From: Terrimicrobiaceae bacterium
Lineage (GTDB): Bacteria; Verrucomicrobiota; Verrucomicrobiia; Chthoniobacterales; Terrimicrobiaceae
Reading direction: 5' to 3'
NCBI GenBank assembly: GCA_041752695.1
Contig: JBGSVZ010000014.1
Coordinates: 1-21,079 of the forward strand
DNA: 21,079 nucleotides
Positions within the stretch are counted from its first letter, which is position 1. Every line of letters starts with the position of its first letter. This document shows positions 1 through 8,239 of the stretch, piece by piece. The position numbers were made by a program, and so were the translations under genes. A model generated the notes under the pieces. The model was not told the DNA's origin, ran no database searches, and was given only the letters and a program-made list of their open reading frames with translations.

Positions 1-1005
1 GTCGAGGCCGGCGCGGGCGGCTTCGGCGACGAAGTCGGTGCATTTGCCGAGGCGAGGCTCGTCCCAGAGGCCAGAGCCGAAGCCGGTTTCCCAGCCTTGG
101 TCGGTGTAGAGCAGCGTGCAGCCGAGCGAGGCGGCGACGGGAATCAACGCGGCGGCCTGCGTGCGCTCCCAGTGGTTTTTGCACTCGTAGTAGATGCAGT
201 AGTTAAAGGGCGGCGCGTAGTCGGCAGGCAGGCCGAGGCCGTGCGCATCCATGAACGCGCGGTGCGCGGTGAACGCGGTTTCGATGGGACCAGCGACAAG
301 TTCGAAGCGGGTCGGCGAGGTGAGATAGCGACCGGAGGCGAGCCAGCGCGGACAATCGTTGTAGGCCGGCTCGGGACGGAAGCCCGAGAAGCCGAGGGTG
401 CGCGCGGTGGTGTCCACGACGACATATTCGGGATCCCGATCCGTGGGTGTCTTGGCGACGAGGAGCGAGCGGGCGCGGGTTGCGTCGTGGATCACCGCGC
501 CGTCGCGGTTGACAATTTTGGACGAGGCGGAGTCGGTGAGTAGAACGGGCGCAGCGGTGCCATGTCCCTCGCCAAACGGAACCGGCAGCCAGCTGAGTCC
601 GGATCGCTTGCGGAGCCGCCACGTGAGCGCTGCACGGTGCAGAACGAGCGGCGTGCGGGCGATGAGTTCGAGTTGTTCGGTGAGGACCGGCGCGTCGGCA
701 GGGAGGGTGTAGCGCAGGATGACGTGCAGGGTGTGAGTCGCGGAGGGCGGTGAAAAATCCGCCTCGGTTTCAACGACGAGCGCGGTGTCGGTCGCCGTGT
801 GTGAGACGTAGCGCAGGGCTTTGGCACGAAGGATGGTGCCGTCGGCGGAGCGGAGGTCGAGGAGGACGCTGGCGGGCTCGTCGGCCCAAACGGAGCCGTC
901 GGTGGCTTCGAGGCGCGCGGGCGCGATTAGGCCGTCAGTGATCGCGAGGTTGAGGCGCAGGTGGGCGTTGGCGAGAACGAGAGTGGACGGGAGCGGGAAG
1001 GACAT
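1..1005 (-). CDS. GH36/clan GH-D-like glycoside hydrolase (alpha-galactosidase-like), 3' end truncated by window edge
   Basis: Not in the ORF track because it has no stop in the window. Translated by hand from ATG at 1005, it is open to base 1 (335 codons): MSFPLPSTLVLANAHLRL...PPFNYCIYYE...AASLGCTLLYTDQGWETGFGSGLWDEPRLGKCTDFVAEAARAGLD. A beta-rich N-terminal region is followed by a match to the GH36 'AxxLGxELFVLDDGW...W..D..R' barrel start. It lies 17 nt downstream of the lyase stop. Confidence 0.72.
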   Translation of the reverse strand, partial: MSFPLPSTLVLANAHLRLNLAITDGLIAPARLEATDGSVWADEPASVLLDLRSADGTILRAKALRYVSHTATDTALVVETEADFSPPSATHTLHVILRYTLPADAPVLTEQLELIARTPLVLHRAALTWRLRKRSGLSWLPVPFGEGHGTAAPVLLTDSASSKIVNRDGAVIHDATRARSLLVAKTPTDRDPEYVVVDTTARTLGFSGFRPEPAYNDCPRWLASGRYLTSPTRFELVAGPIETAFTAHRAFMDAHGLGLPADYAPPFNYCIYYECKNHWERTQAAALIPVAASLGCTLLYTDQGWETGFGSGLWDEPRLGKCTDFVAEAARAGLD

Positions 1006-1022
1006 GAGGGCGAGTGGTGAGA

Positions 1023-2159
1023 TCAGAAAGAGGAGACGGAGGTGCGAAGGGCCGCGTTGAGCACGGTGCGCCAAGTGGGGAAGCGACGCCCCGGACGGTC
1101 GGAGAGGGTTGCGACCAGGGGGCCGAGGGTGGGGTCAAAGAGTTCGGCCTCTTCGAGCAAGGGAAGGGCTTGGCGGGGATCGTAGCGCTTGCCCGGTTGA
1201 TAGTGGGCGATGCCAGCGGCGGCGCGTTGCCGATCGATTTCGGCGCGGGAGTTTTTCCATTCCTCGCGAGCTTTTTCTCCGGTGGCGTAGGGGACGACGT
1301 AGTCGACGGAGCGTTTGATCGAACCCCCGCGCGGGGCGGTCCACGTGTATAAATCTTCTTCGCGCCGGCGAGCGAGCCACGCGAGGGAGAGGAGGGGGCG
1401 GAGGGTGGTGGTGTGGTAGGTCAGGGTATCGCGCTCGATAAGGTCGTGGCTGGTGCCGTCGGGGTTGAGGGCGCGGTCCACGAGGGCGCGCAGGCCGGAG
1501 TCGGCCTCGGCGCGCCAGGCTGGTTCGTCGAGGACAAGGGCGGCGAGGGCGAGGAGGCGGAGGCGTTTGGCGTAGCGGTTGCCGGTGGCACGAGTGTGGT
1601 CGCGTGCGGCAGCGAGGTGGGGAGCGGCGAGACGGCGAACCCAGTCGTCGATGCGGGTGCGGTCAGGGGGGGCAAACTCGGGGCGGAGGGCGACGTAGGC
1701 GACGAGGAGGGGGACGAGTTTGCCCTCGTTGACGTCGTTGCCTGTGGGGACGTAGGCAGCGGTCCAGGCGGAGACCATGTCGCGGATGCGAAGGGCGAGG
1801 GCGGGGTCGGCGGTGGCCTGCCAGACCTCAAGCCAAGCGGCGGTGGCTTCGAGGTCGTAGAGGTGGGCGACGGTGGTGATGCGGGCGGGGTCGTTGTTGA
1901 GCCGGCCCTCGTAGATGATTTCGGTGAGGGGGCGCGGCGTGCGGTCCGAGAAGGCGTCGAGGGCGGCTTGTTTTTCGGCGAGGAGGGCGTGCGCTTCGGG
2001 GTCGGAGGAGACGAGGGCGGCGAGCGCGGCGCGTTCCGGGGCGGTGAACGGGAGCACGTCGCGGATGACGAGTTCGCCAGGGTCGGCGAACGCGATCGAG
2101 CCGCCGCAACAAGCGACGATGGCGACAAGAGTTCGACGAAAGAAAGAGAAGGAAGCCAT
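1023..2159 (-). CDS. Secreted alginate lyase family (PF05426-like, alpha/alpha toroid) polysaccharide lyase
   Basis: 378 aa with a signal peptide (MASFSFFRRTLVAIVACCGGSIAFA-D) and a helical body. Motifs PDGTSHDLIERDTLTYH, EDLYTW...GGSIKRSVDYVVPY and EEWKNSRAEIDRQR resemble alginate-lyase-family proteins. Confidence 0.78.
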   Translation of the reverse strand: MASFSFFRRTLVAIVACCGGSIAFADPGELVIRDVLPFTAPERAALAALVSSDPEAHALLAEKQAALDAFSDRTPRPLTEIIYEGRLNNDPARITTVAHLYDLEATAAWLEVWQATADPALALRIRDMVSAWTAAYVPTGNDVNEGKLVPLLVAYVALRPEFAPPDRTRIDDWVRRLAAPHLAAARDHTRATGNRYAKRLRLLALAALVLDEPAWRAEADSGLRALVDRALNPDGTSHDLIERDTLTYHTTTLRPLLSLAWLARRREEDLYTWTAPRGGSIKRSVDYVVPYATGEKAREEWKNSRAEIDRQRAAAGIAHYQPGKRYDPRQALPLLEEAELFDPTLGPLVATLSDRPGRRFPTWRTVLNAALRTSVSSF

Positions 2160-2253
2160 GGCTGCAAATGGGCGCAGTAGACGCGGAAACGGATCAGGAT
2201 GTGGAGGGGGCGAGGAGTAGGCTGATGATTTCGTAGGGGAGGAATAAGGTCAT

Positions 2254-2263
2254 CACACGTTTG
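2254..2263. promoter_or_regulatory. Possible LacI-type operator (near-palindrome CACACGTTTG)
   Basis: CG-centred near-palindrome (4 of 5 pairs symmetric) beside the AT-rich patch TTTGTATATTAG, about 100 nt upstream of the lyase start. A LacI gene lies in the locus. The motif is short, so support is weak. Confidence 0.25.
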
Positions 2264-2419
2264 GGATTTGTATATTAGAGTCGCCCGCCTCAAATGACGA
2301 TCAGTCTGGTTTGCGGCCCGTTGCCATGGTCTTGGAAGTTAGCGTGGCCGCAGTCAGCTTCTGCGAATCCACCATGAGGATGGGCCAGTTGAACGGGATG
2401 ACGGGGGCCGGTTTCATGA

Positions 2420-3931
2420 TCACGTGGTCTCGGAAAATCGGATGTTCCGCGCAAACTTGGTTTTCAGCCCAAGGGCATCTGCATCCCCGATCACCCGCCG
2501 CCGTTTCTCATCGTTGGAGAAAGCGACGAAATTTTCGATCAGCACGTTCTCCACCGCATGCTCGTCATTGTAACCGCTGATTTCGCTCCCTTGCGGTTCC
2601 ACATCCGAGAAATAATTGCGAATCTTCACGCCATCGATCCTCCCGCGCTGCTCGTCAGTGGTGTATTGCGAAGTCGTCACCCTCAGGCCGATGTCCTTTT
2701 GCTTGGTGCCCTCGACGTGGATGTTTTCAAACAGAACATTCCGGACCGTGCTGTGGTCGATGATGCAAATGCTGATCGTGTGGTGGATCGTGTGGCGGCC
2801 GACTTCGCCGTGGATCACCTCGATGTCGCGGAACGTGACGTCCGCCAGCAGGTCCGCCTGCGAGGTGTGGCCGATCTCCATCGCATTTCCCGGAATGTCG
2901 TTCCACAACACCAGGTCCCGGAACATCAGCCGCCGCGACTCCTTAGCGGCGGCGCGGCGGGTCTTCACTGCGATGCAGTCGTCCGCGCATTTGAAGAAAC
3001 TTTTCTCTACCAGAAGATCCGTGCACGAGCGCGGCTGGACGCCGTCGTTGTTGCTCTTCCAAGTGATCGCCTTGTGATTGCGGATGGTGAGATTGTTGGT
3101 TCCGAAGGCCACGATGTTCCAGTAGGGACAGTCGTAGATTACCGGTCCGTCGATGGTGATGCGCTCGCCACGGCGCAGAAAAATAAAACCCTGTTCCCCC
3201 TCGCTGCGCCAGTCGCCGGGAAGGCGGGGCATGCGCGAGCCATCCAGGATGCCACGACCCAGCAGCTTGGCATCGCGGACATGGTCCCCTAGCAGCTTCG
3301 CGCGCAGGATCGCACCGCTGGATAGATAGAGAGTCTTTCCCGTATGCAACGGAGCCACGTCTCCCTCCACTGTATGGACTCCGGCAGCCAGATAGAGCGT
3401 GCTTTTTTCTTCGGGGTTGAAATCCGCCAGCGCATGATGCCCGGCTTGCAAAACCTTGACCGTTGCATCATCCGGCTGCGGAGGATTTTCCTCGGGAGCA
3501 TCGGCCATCAGATAGAGCATGTAGCGCGGCACCGGCGGCCCGCCGGGCGGAGTCCGGTTGATCTCCACGGTCACATGACGCGGGCGGTTCATCCGGAAAC
3601 TCACGGTCCGTCCCGACACTTCGGTTTTGATCGATTCGCGCATCGAGGGTCGCACCACGGCCTGAACGACGGGCGCGGGAGTGGCGATCCGCACCTCCAC
3701 CTCGCCGGAAAAAGCGAATTTCACGAAGCCCTCCGCCCCGCCGAAATCATGGACCTGTTTCGACATGGAATCCGCGTGATAGACGAACAACGGCTGCCAG
3801 TCTCCCTCACCCCGCTGCCGGACCTGCACCTCGATCGGCGCGGCTGCCATGTCAGCGGGCGCGGGATCCACAATCAACGTGTCGCGGATGCGTGAAGGGA
3901 TCAGTTGGGGAAATGGGTTGGCGGGGTGCAT
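2420..3931 (-). CDS. Right-handed beta-helix glycoside hydrolase, GH28/GH49-like (clan GH-N)
   Basis: 503 aa. N-terminal beta-sandwich (FVKFAFSGEVEVRI...VVRPS), then beta-helix motifs LYLAAGVH, LYLSSGA and GRGILDG, and catalytic-type motifs NNDG and ADDCIAVK. No signal peptide evident. Confidence 0.82.
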   Translation of the reverse strand: MHPANPFPQLIPSRIRDTLIVDPAPADMAAAPIEVQVRQRGEGDWQPLFVYHADSMSKQVHDFGGAEGFVKFAFSGEVEVRIATPAPVVQAVVRPSMRESIKTEVSGRTVSFRMNRPRHVTVEINRTPPGGPPVPRYMLYLMADAPEENPPQPDDATVKVLQAGHHALADFNPEEKSTLYLAAGVHTVEGDVAPLHTGKTLYLSSGAILRAKLLGDHVRDAKLLGRGILDGSRMPRLPGDWRSEGEQGFIFLRRGERITIDGPVIYDCPYWNIVAFGTNNLTIRNHKAITWKSNNDGVQPRSCTDLLVEKSFFKCADDCIAVKTRRAAAKESRRLMFRDLVLWNDIPGNAMEIGHTSQADLLADVTFRDIEVIHGEVGRHTIHHTISICIIDHSTVRNVLFENIHVEGTKQKDIGLRVTTSQYTTDEQRGRIDGVKIRNYFSDVEPQGSEISGYNDEHAVENVLIENFVAFSNDEKRRRVIGDADALGLKTKFARNIRFSETT

Positions 3932-3947
3932 GGGACTACCGGCGCAT

Positions 3948-6806
3948 TCAGGAGGCCGCTGAAACCGTGATCACTTCATGGACGCCCGGCGCCCACGGCG
4001 TAGAGCTTTCGTCGATTTTCAACACTCCGCCGCCCCGGTTGCGATCCCACGTGATGGTAATTTCTTGGCCGCGATAACGGAACGGGCCAAAGGAAAAGGA
4101 CGGTGTGGCCGCGTCGAGCGCGATGGGGTCGAGGTCGAAGCCAGTGAGCGTCGGGCGGAAGCCGACGACATTTTTGAAATAAACATCCGCCATCCCGGCG
4201 AGGCCTTCGGTGAACATGGTGGCGCACTTGGCGTTGCCGGTGAGGGGATTGAAATTTTCGCGCAGGTCGGAGCCGTTTTTGATCACCAGGGCGAGCCAGC
4301 GGTGGGTGAGTTCGGCGGCGACGGATTTCAATCCGGCGGCTTGCAACGCTTCGACTGCGAACCAATTGGTGCGGCTCCAAATGCTGCCGCGCCAATAGGA
4401 GGTGGCATCGAACTTCGGGTGGGAAGCGGCGACCGTGGGCAGGCCGAAAGGGGTTTTGAAGATGGCCTCGTTGTCGAGCGTGAGAGCGACGCGGTCGGAG
4501 ACTTCGGCGTCGTAGGCCCCGAGCAGCAAGGGCACAAATCCCATGGGGGTGAGGACGTCAGAGAACGCGGTTTCTCCGGCGATGCGATCCACGAAATAGC
4601 CTGCGGCTTCCGACCAGAGATGTTCGCGAATCAGGGCCTTACGTTTTTTCGCCAACGCATGATAGGTGACGGCGCGGGGATCGTTTTCTCCGGCGAGGAG
4701 TTCGCCGAGAAAGGCGGCGCGGTGCGCGATGGTGGCGTTGACGTCCGGGGTGACCACGGGACGGACGAAGGATTGGAACCATTCGGCTTTCTCGCCCGGG
4801 CTGACCAGATCCCAGCGCGGGGAGTCGTCCATGCCGAGACAACTGAAGACACAAAACAGGCCGGTGTCGGGATCGACGGGGGTGTGGGCGTCGTTTTCCG
4901 CTTCCTCGCGGAGCAGGACCCGGATGAGTTCGCGGCGGAGTTTGGGGTGGGGATCGAAGAGATAAACTTCGCGCAGGGGGATGGAGTATTGTTGGAGTTC
5001 GCTCACCACTCCGGAGGTCGTGCCGTCCATCGGGCCGTAGGCGGCATTGACGTTGAGCATGAAACCGACGCGAAAGGGCCGGAGGAGTTGGCGGGCGATG
5101 AGCGAAGGATCGCGCAGCCATTTGCCGATGGTGGCGACCTGCACGTCGTCCTGTTCCCATTGGGGGTCGAAGTGCATCTTGCTCGGGCAACTATGCGGCT
5201 CGCGCCAGGGTTCGTAAGGGATGTCGTAGAGATTGATTTTGTAGCCGAGAAATGCGCCGTAGATGAGGCGCTCGATGGCGGGGTCGTCGGAGCGGAAGGC
5301 GGGAACTTGTTCGCGGAAGTAGCCATCCCAGCTTTGGAACGCGGCGTCGAAGACGTTGGCGGGTTGGGCGATCGCGACGGCGAGGCGGGATTTTACCAGA
5401 TCGACTTCCATCGCGGCGGTGAAGACGAGGGTCAGAGATGGGACGGCGGCGACTTCCCCATCGTAGCGCAGCGGGTTCTCGCGGAGGGTCGTCCATCGCA
5501 CGGGAGCGGTGGCGGCGGCTCCGAAGATGACGCCGCTTTCGACTTGTCCGAGGAGGTGGGTTTCGCTGACGTCGAGAAATCCGTGGAACCGGTTGAAGCC
5601 GCGCAGTCGGAAGGAATCGGCTTTGCCTTGCAGGATGCGAAGCTCGACCGCGACGACGTCGTCCGCCACGGCGAGTCGTTTTTCAATCAGAAGTGAGCCG
5701 TCTTGCGATTGAAGACGATTGACGATGAGATGGGGTTGCCAGCGGTAAGTGTCGGGAACTTGGATGAGTGGCACGACGGCGTTGTCGTGCAGGACCTCCA
5801 CGGTCAGGGCGGCTTCAAATTCCGTGGCCGTGGGATAGAACTTCACTTGGCCAATGCCAAGTTCAGTGCGGGGATCCGTGGTCCAGCCATCGCCATAGGC
5901 GGCGGGCTCGCGGGCCAGAGGCGTGGGCGAGACGTTCACGGCCACTTGGTTGTCGGCCAGCATCGACCAATCGGTGCGGGTGAGGATGACGGTCCATTCA
6001 GGATTGCCCACCGACGGGCTGGGACGAAATTCAAACGGGGCGCGGGGCAGGAGCGGAACGCGTGGCGCGAAGGGTTCGAGACCCGCGGGAGTGCGCTCGA
6101 CACGCAGGTCGCCGGAATCGAGGTGGTGGAGCAGGTTGATCCAGAAGCGTTCACGGTCGGGCCATGCCGTCCATGATTGGCCGCCGTCGTCATGAATGTC
6201 GGCGAGCAAAAATGCCGTGCGGCCATTCTCATACGGCATGAAGGCCAGCGCCACGTCGCCGGCTGCGGTGCGGAGGGCGACATCGGTGTGGGGCTTGGCG
6301 GCCCAGAGGTCGAAATCGTACGCGTTGAAGGAACCAGGCTTCGGGCCTTGGTAAGCATCGGGCCATGTGGCGATGCCGGTGGCCACGGGATGGGCCTGGT
6401 TGGCCGGAGGCAGGATGGGAGAGGCCTGGCGTTGTTCCCATTCGCGATCCCAACGAAACGTCCGGGCAAAATTTTCCGAAACGGCGGAGCGCATGAGCGG
6501 CGTCACCGGCAGGAGGGCCGTGTAGGCATTCCAGACCTGCGACCACGCACCGATGCCGGGAGCGGTGAATAAGAGTCGGCCACCACGACGAACAAAGTGA
6601 AACAAGGCGCGCTCGTGATTCCAGATGCGGGCGTGCTGGGTATTGCGCGTCTCGCAGGCAAGGATCACCACATCGTAATCGTCGAACCGATGCTTCAGGT
6701 CTGCGGCGTCCTCGGCGATGAGGGTGACCGTGAAACCGTGACGTTCGAGGAATTGAAAATCCGGCTGGGGTCCGGTCGCGCCGGTAAGACAAAGAAGCTT
6801 TCGCAT
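3948..6806 (-). CDS. Fusion of a class I glutamine amidotransferase-like (ThuA/DUF1355-like) domain and a GH63/MGH1-like (alpha/alpha)6 glycoside hydrolase
   Basis: C-terminal motifs GMDDSPRWD, PDVNA, LWSEAAGYFVD, YWRGSIW..TNW and RENFNPLTG are typical of GH63/GH37-like enzymes. The N-terminal ~230 aa has DYDVVIL, FVRRGGRLL, LLPV, HPVATG and GRTAFL, typical of GATase1-like folds. Alternative GTG start at 6824. Confidence 0.8.
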   Translation of the reverse strand: MRKLLCLTGATGPQPDFQFLERHGFTVTLIAEDAADLKHRFDDYDVVILACETRNTQHARIWNHERALFHFVRRGGRLLFTAPGIGAWSQVWNAYTALLPVTPLMRSAVSENFARTFRWDREWEQRQASPILPPANQAHPVATGIATWPDAYQGPKPGSFNAYDFDLWAAKPHTDVALRTAAGDVALAFMPYENGRTAFLLADIHDDGGQSWTAWPDRERFWINLLHHLDSGDLRVERTPAGLEPFAPRVPLLPRAPFEFRPSPSVGNPEWTVILTRTDWSMLADNQVAVNVSPTPLAREPAAYGDGWTTDPRTELGIGQVKFYPTATEFEAALTVEVLHDNAVVPLIQVPDTYRWQPHLIVNRLQSQDGSLLIEKRLAVADDVVAVELRILQGKADSFRLRGFNRFHGFLDVSETHLLGQVESGVIFGAAATAPVRWTTLRENPLRYDGEVAAVPSLTLVFTAAMEVDLVKSRLAVAIAQPANVFDAAFQSWDGYFREQVPAFRSDDPAIERLIYGAFLGYKINLYDIPYEPWREPHSCPSKMHFDPQWEQDDVQVATIGKWLRDPSLIARQLLRPFRVGFMLNVNAAYGPMDGTTSGVVSELQQYSIPLREVYLFDPHPKLRRELIRVLLREEAENDAHTPVDPDTGLFCVFSCLGMDDSPRWDLVSPGEKAEWFQSFVRPVVTPDVNATIAHRAAFLGELLAGENDPRAVTYHALAKKRKALIREHLWSEAAGYFVDRIAGETAFSDVLTPMGFVPLLLGAYDAEVSDRVALTLDNEAIFKTPFGLPTVAASHPKFDATSYWRGSIWSRTNWFAVEALQAAGLKSVAAELTHRWLALVIKNGSDLRENFNPLTGNAKCATMFTEGLAGMADVYFKNVVGFRPTLTGFDLDPIALDAATPSFSFGPFRYRGQEITITWDRNRGGGVLKIDESSTPWAPGVHEVITVSAAS

Positions 6807-6903
6807 GGGGAATTCGTTTTTCACCTTTTTCTTGTCGCCGCATAGCGGGTGCCGCAGACAATCCTTGCAAAGTTGCAGAACCCGTTAGGCCGCAAAACCT
6901 CGT

Positions 6904-8175
6904 TTAGGAAGTGGAGGCCAGCGAAACGGCGTCTTTGACGGTGAGCACCATCTGGCGCTGCAGCTCTTCGACGCGGGCGCAGATCGCGGCGACGCGGGCC
7001 TGGGCGGCGGGATAATCGGCGTGGATGGCGGAGAGGCGTGACCAGAGCGCGTTGCCGGTGGCGTCCTCGACCTCGAAGAAATCGGGATCGAGGCCGATGT
7101 CGTGCCACATTTGGCCCTTGCACGTGTCGGGTGGCTGCCGCACGAAAATCGTCGGCGTGCCTTGCGCGAGGGCGAGGATGGGCGAGTGGTTTTCCAGGCT
7201 GACCACGGTGTGGGCGTGGCGGTAAACGGAGGTCGCTTCGTCGTTGAGCCAGTAGGTGTCGCGCCAGACGACGTTGGTTTTCACGTCGGCGGGGAGCGGG
7301 TCGATGAGCTCCTCTTTGCCGAGCTGCATTTCGTAGGTCATTTCGGGGCAGACGAGCGCCTTGAGTCCGGTCTCGCGGACCCAGCGGATGATGAGTTCGC
7401 GGAAGCCGGCGTGGTCGGCGGATTGCGTGCGGGCGTTGAGCGCGTCCTTAATGAGGTCGTCGGCGGACGGCGCGTAGCCGTGCATTTTGTAGTAGGGGGT
7501 CCAGCGCAGGCGGGGGATGACGCAGATGAATTTTTTCGATTCAAGCCCGTGGGCGGTGAGGTAGGTGTCGGCCTTGGCGTCATCGCGCAGATCGCAGGCG
7601 AAGGTGGCGTCGGGGCCGAAGGCGGAGTGGGGTAGGTCGGGAAACTCACGGCGGACATATTCCAGTGAGAAGGTGTCGCGGAAAAACGCGAAGGAAAGGC
7701 CACGGAAAAACTCGCGCTCCTTGGCGTTGATGGCGGAGGTGGGCAGCACGGCCATGCGGGAGCGGAGACCTCCGAGGGTGTCGTCTTCCCAATCGGTATA
7801 GCCGTGGCGGGTGCGGTCGAAGGTGATGCCGAAGACGCCGTAAGGTCGGCCTGTATTGCGCCACGCTTCGAATTGTTCCCACGCCATGACATTCGGCCCG
7901 GAACCGTGGACGAGTACGTCGGCGTCATCGAACGCGTGTTGTAATTCGGGTGTGGTCGCCAGCCCGTCGAGGCTGATGTCGCCCTCGGCGATATTTAGTT
8001 TGGGAAAAGCGGCGAGGAGTTGCTCTCGCACGCCACGGTCAACTTTGCTGGGCCAAAGGGTGATGAAGGCTTCGGGGAAGTAGCGTTCAAACAATCGGAG
8101 CGCCCCGGGCGTGTGACCGATGTCGCCGATGTTGACGGTTTGCCAAGCGGAGCGGAGGAGAAGGTGAGGGTGCAT
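6904..8175 (-). CDS. Polysaccharide pyruvyl transferase family protein (PF04230-like)
   Basis: 423 aa with LLRSAWQTVNIGDIGHTPG (NxGD motif), DADVLVHGSGP, PYGVFGIT, FFRDTFS (RD), GPDATF (PD) and ENHSPILALAQGTP. Confidence 0.85.
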   Translation of the reverse strand: MHPHLLLRSAWQTVNIGDIGHTPGALRLFERYFPEAFITLWPSKVDRGVREQLLAAFPKLNIAEGDISLDGLATTPELQHAFDDADVLVHGSGPNVMAWEQFEAWRNTGRPYGVFGITFDRTRHGYTDWEDDTLGGLRSRMAVLPTSAINAKEREFFRGLSFAFFRDTFSLEYVRREFPDLPHSAFGPDATFACDLRDDAKADTYLTAHGLESKKFICVIPRLRWTPYYKMHGYAPSADDLIKDALNARTQSADHAGFRELIIRWVRETGLKALVCPEMTYEMQLGKEELIDPLPADVKTNVVWRDTYWLNDEATSVYRHAHTVVSLENHSPILALAQGTPTIFVRQPPDTCKGQMWHDIGLDPDFFEVEDATGNALWSRLSAIHADYPAAQARVAAICARVEELQRQMVLTVKDAVSLASTS

Positions 8176-8239
8176 TCAGCGAACAGATGCGGATGCCTCG
8201 ATCGATCCCATCCTTGAGGAAATCTGATGAGTTAGGCCA

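Noticed and set aside
1421..2293. 290-aa Pro/Ser/Thr-rich minus-strand ORF and other off-frame PST-rich ORFs
   Set aside because: They are alternate-frame readings of C-rich coding sequence overlapping real genes.
3978..5696. 572-aa plus-strand ORF, and similar long antisense ORFs at 1413-2180, 9435-10364, 10365-11174 and 13133-14296
   Set aside because: These are antisense shadows of motif-bearing genes, expected in GC-rich DNA.
6860..6869. 10-mer AATCCTTGCA shared with 16601-16610, with a looser copy near 17515
   Set aside because: It is non-palindromic and at inconsistent distances from start codons. One 10-bp match among about 1 kb of intergenic DNA is roughly what chance predicts.
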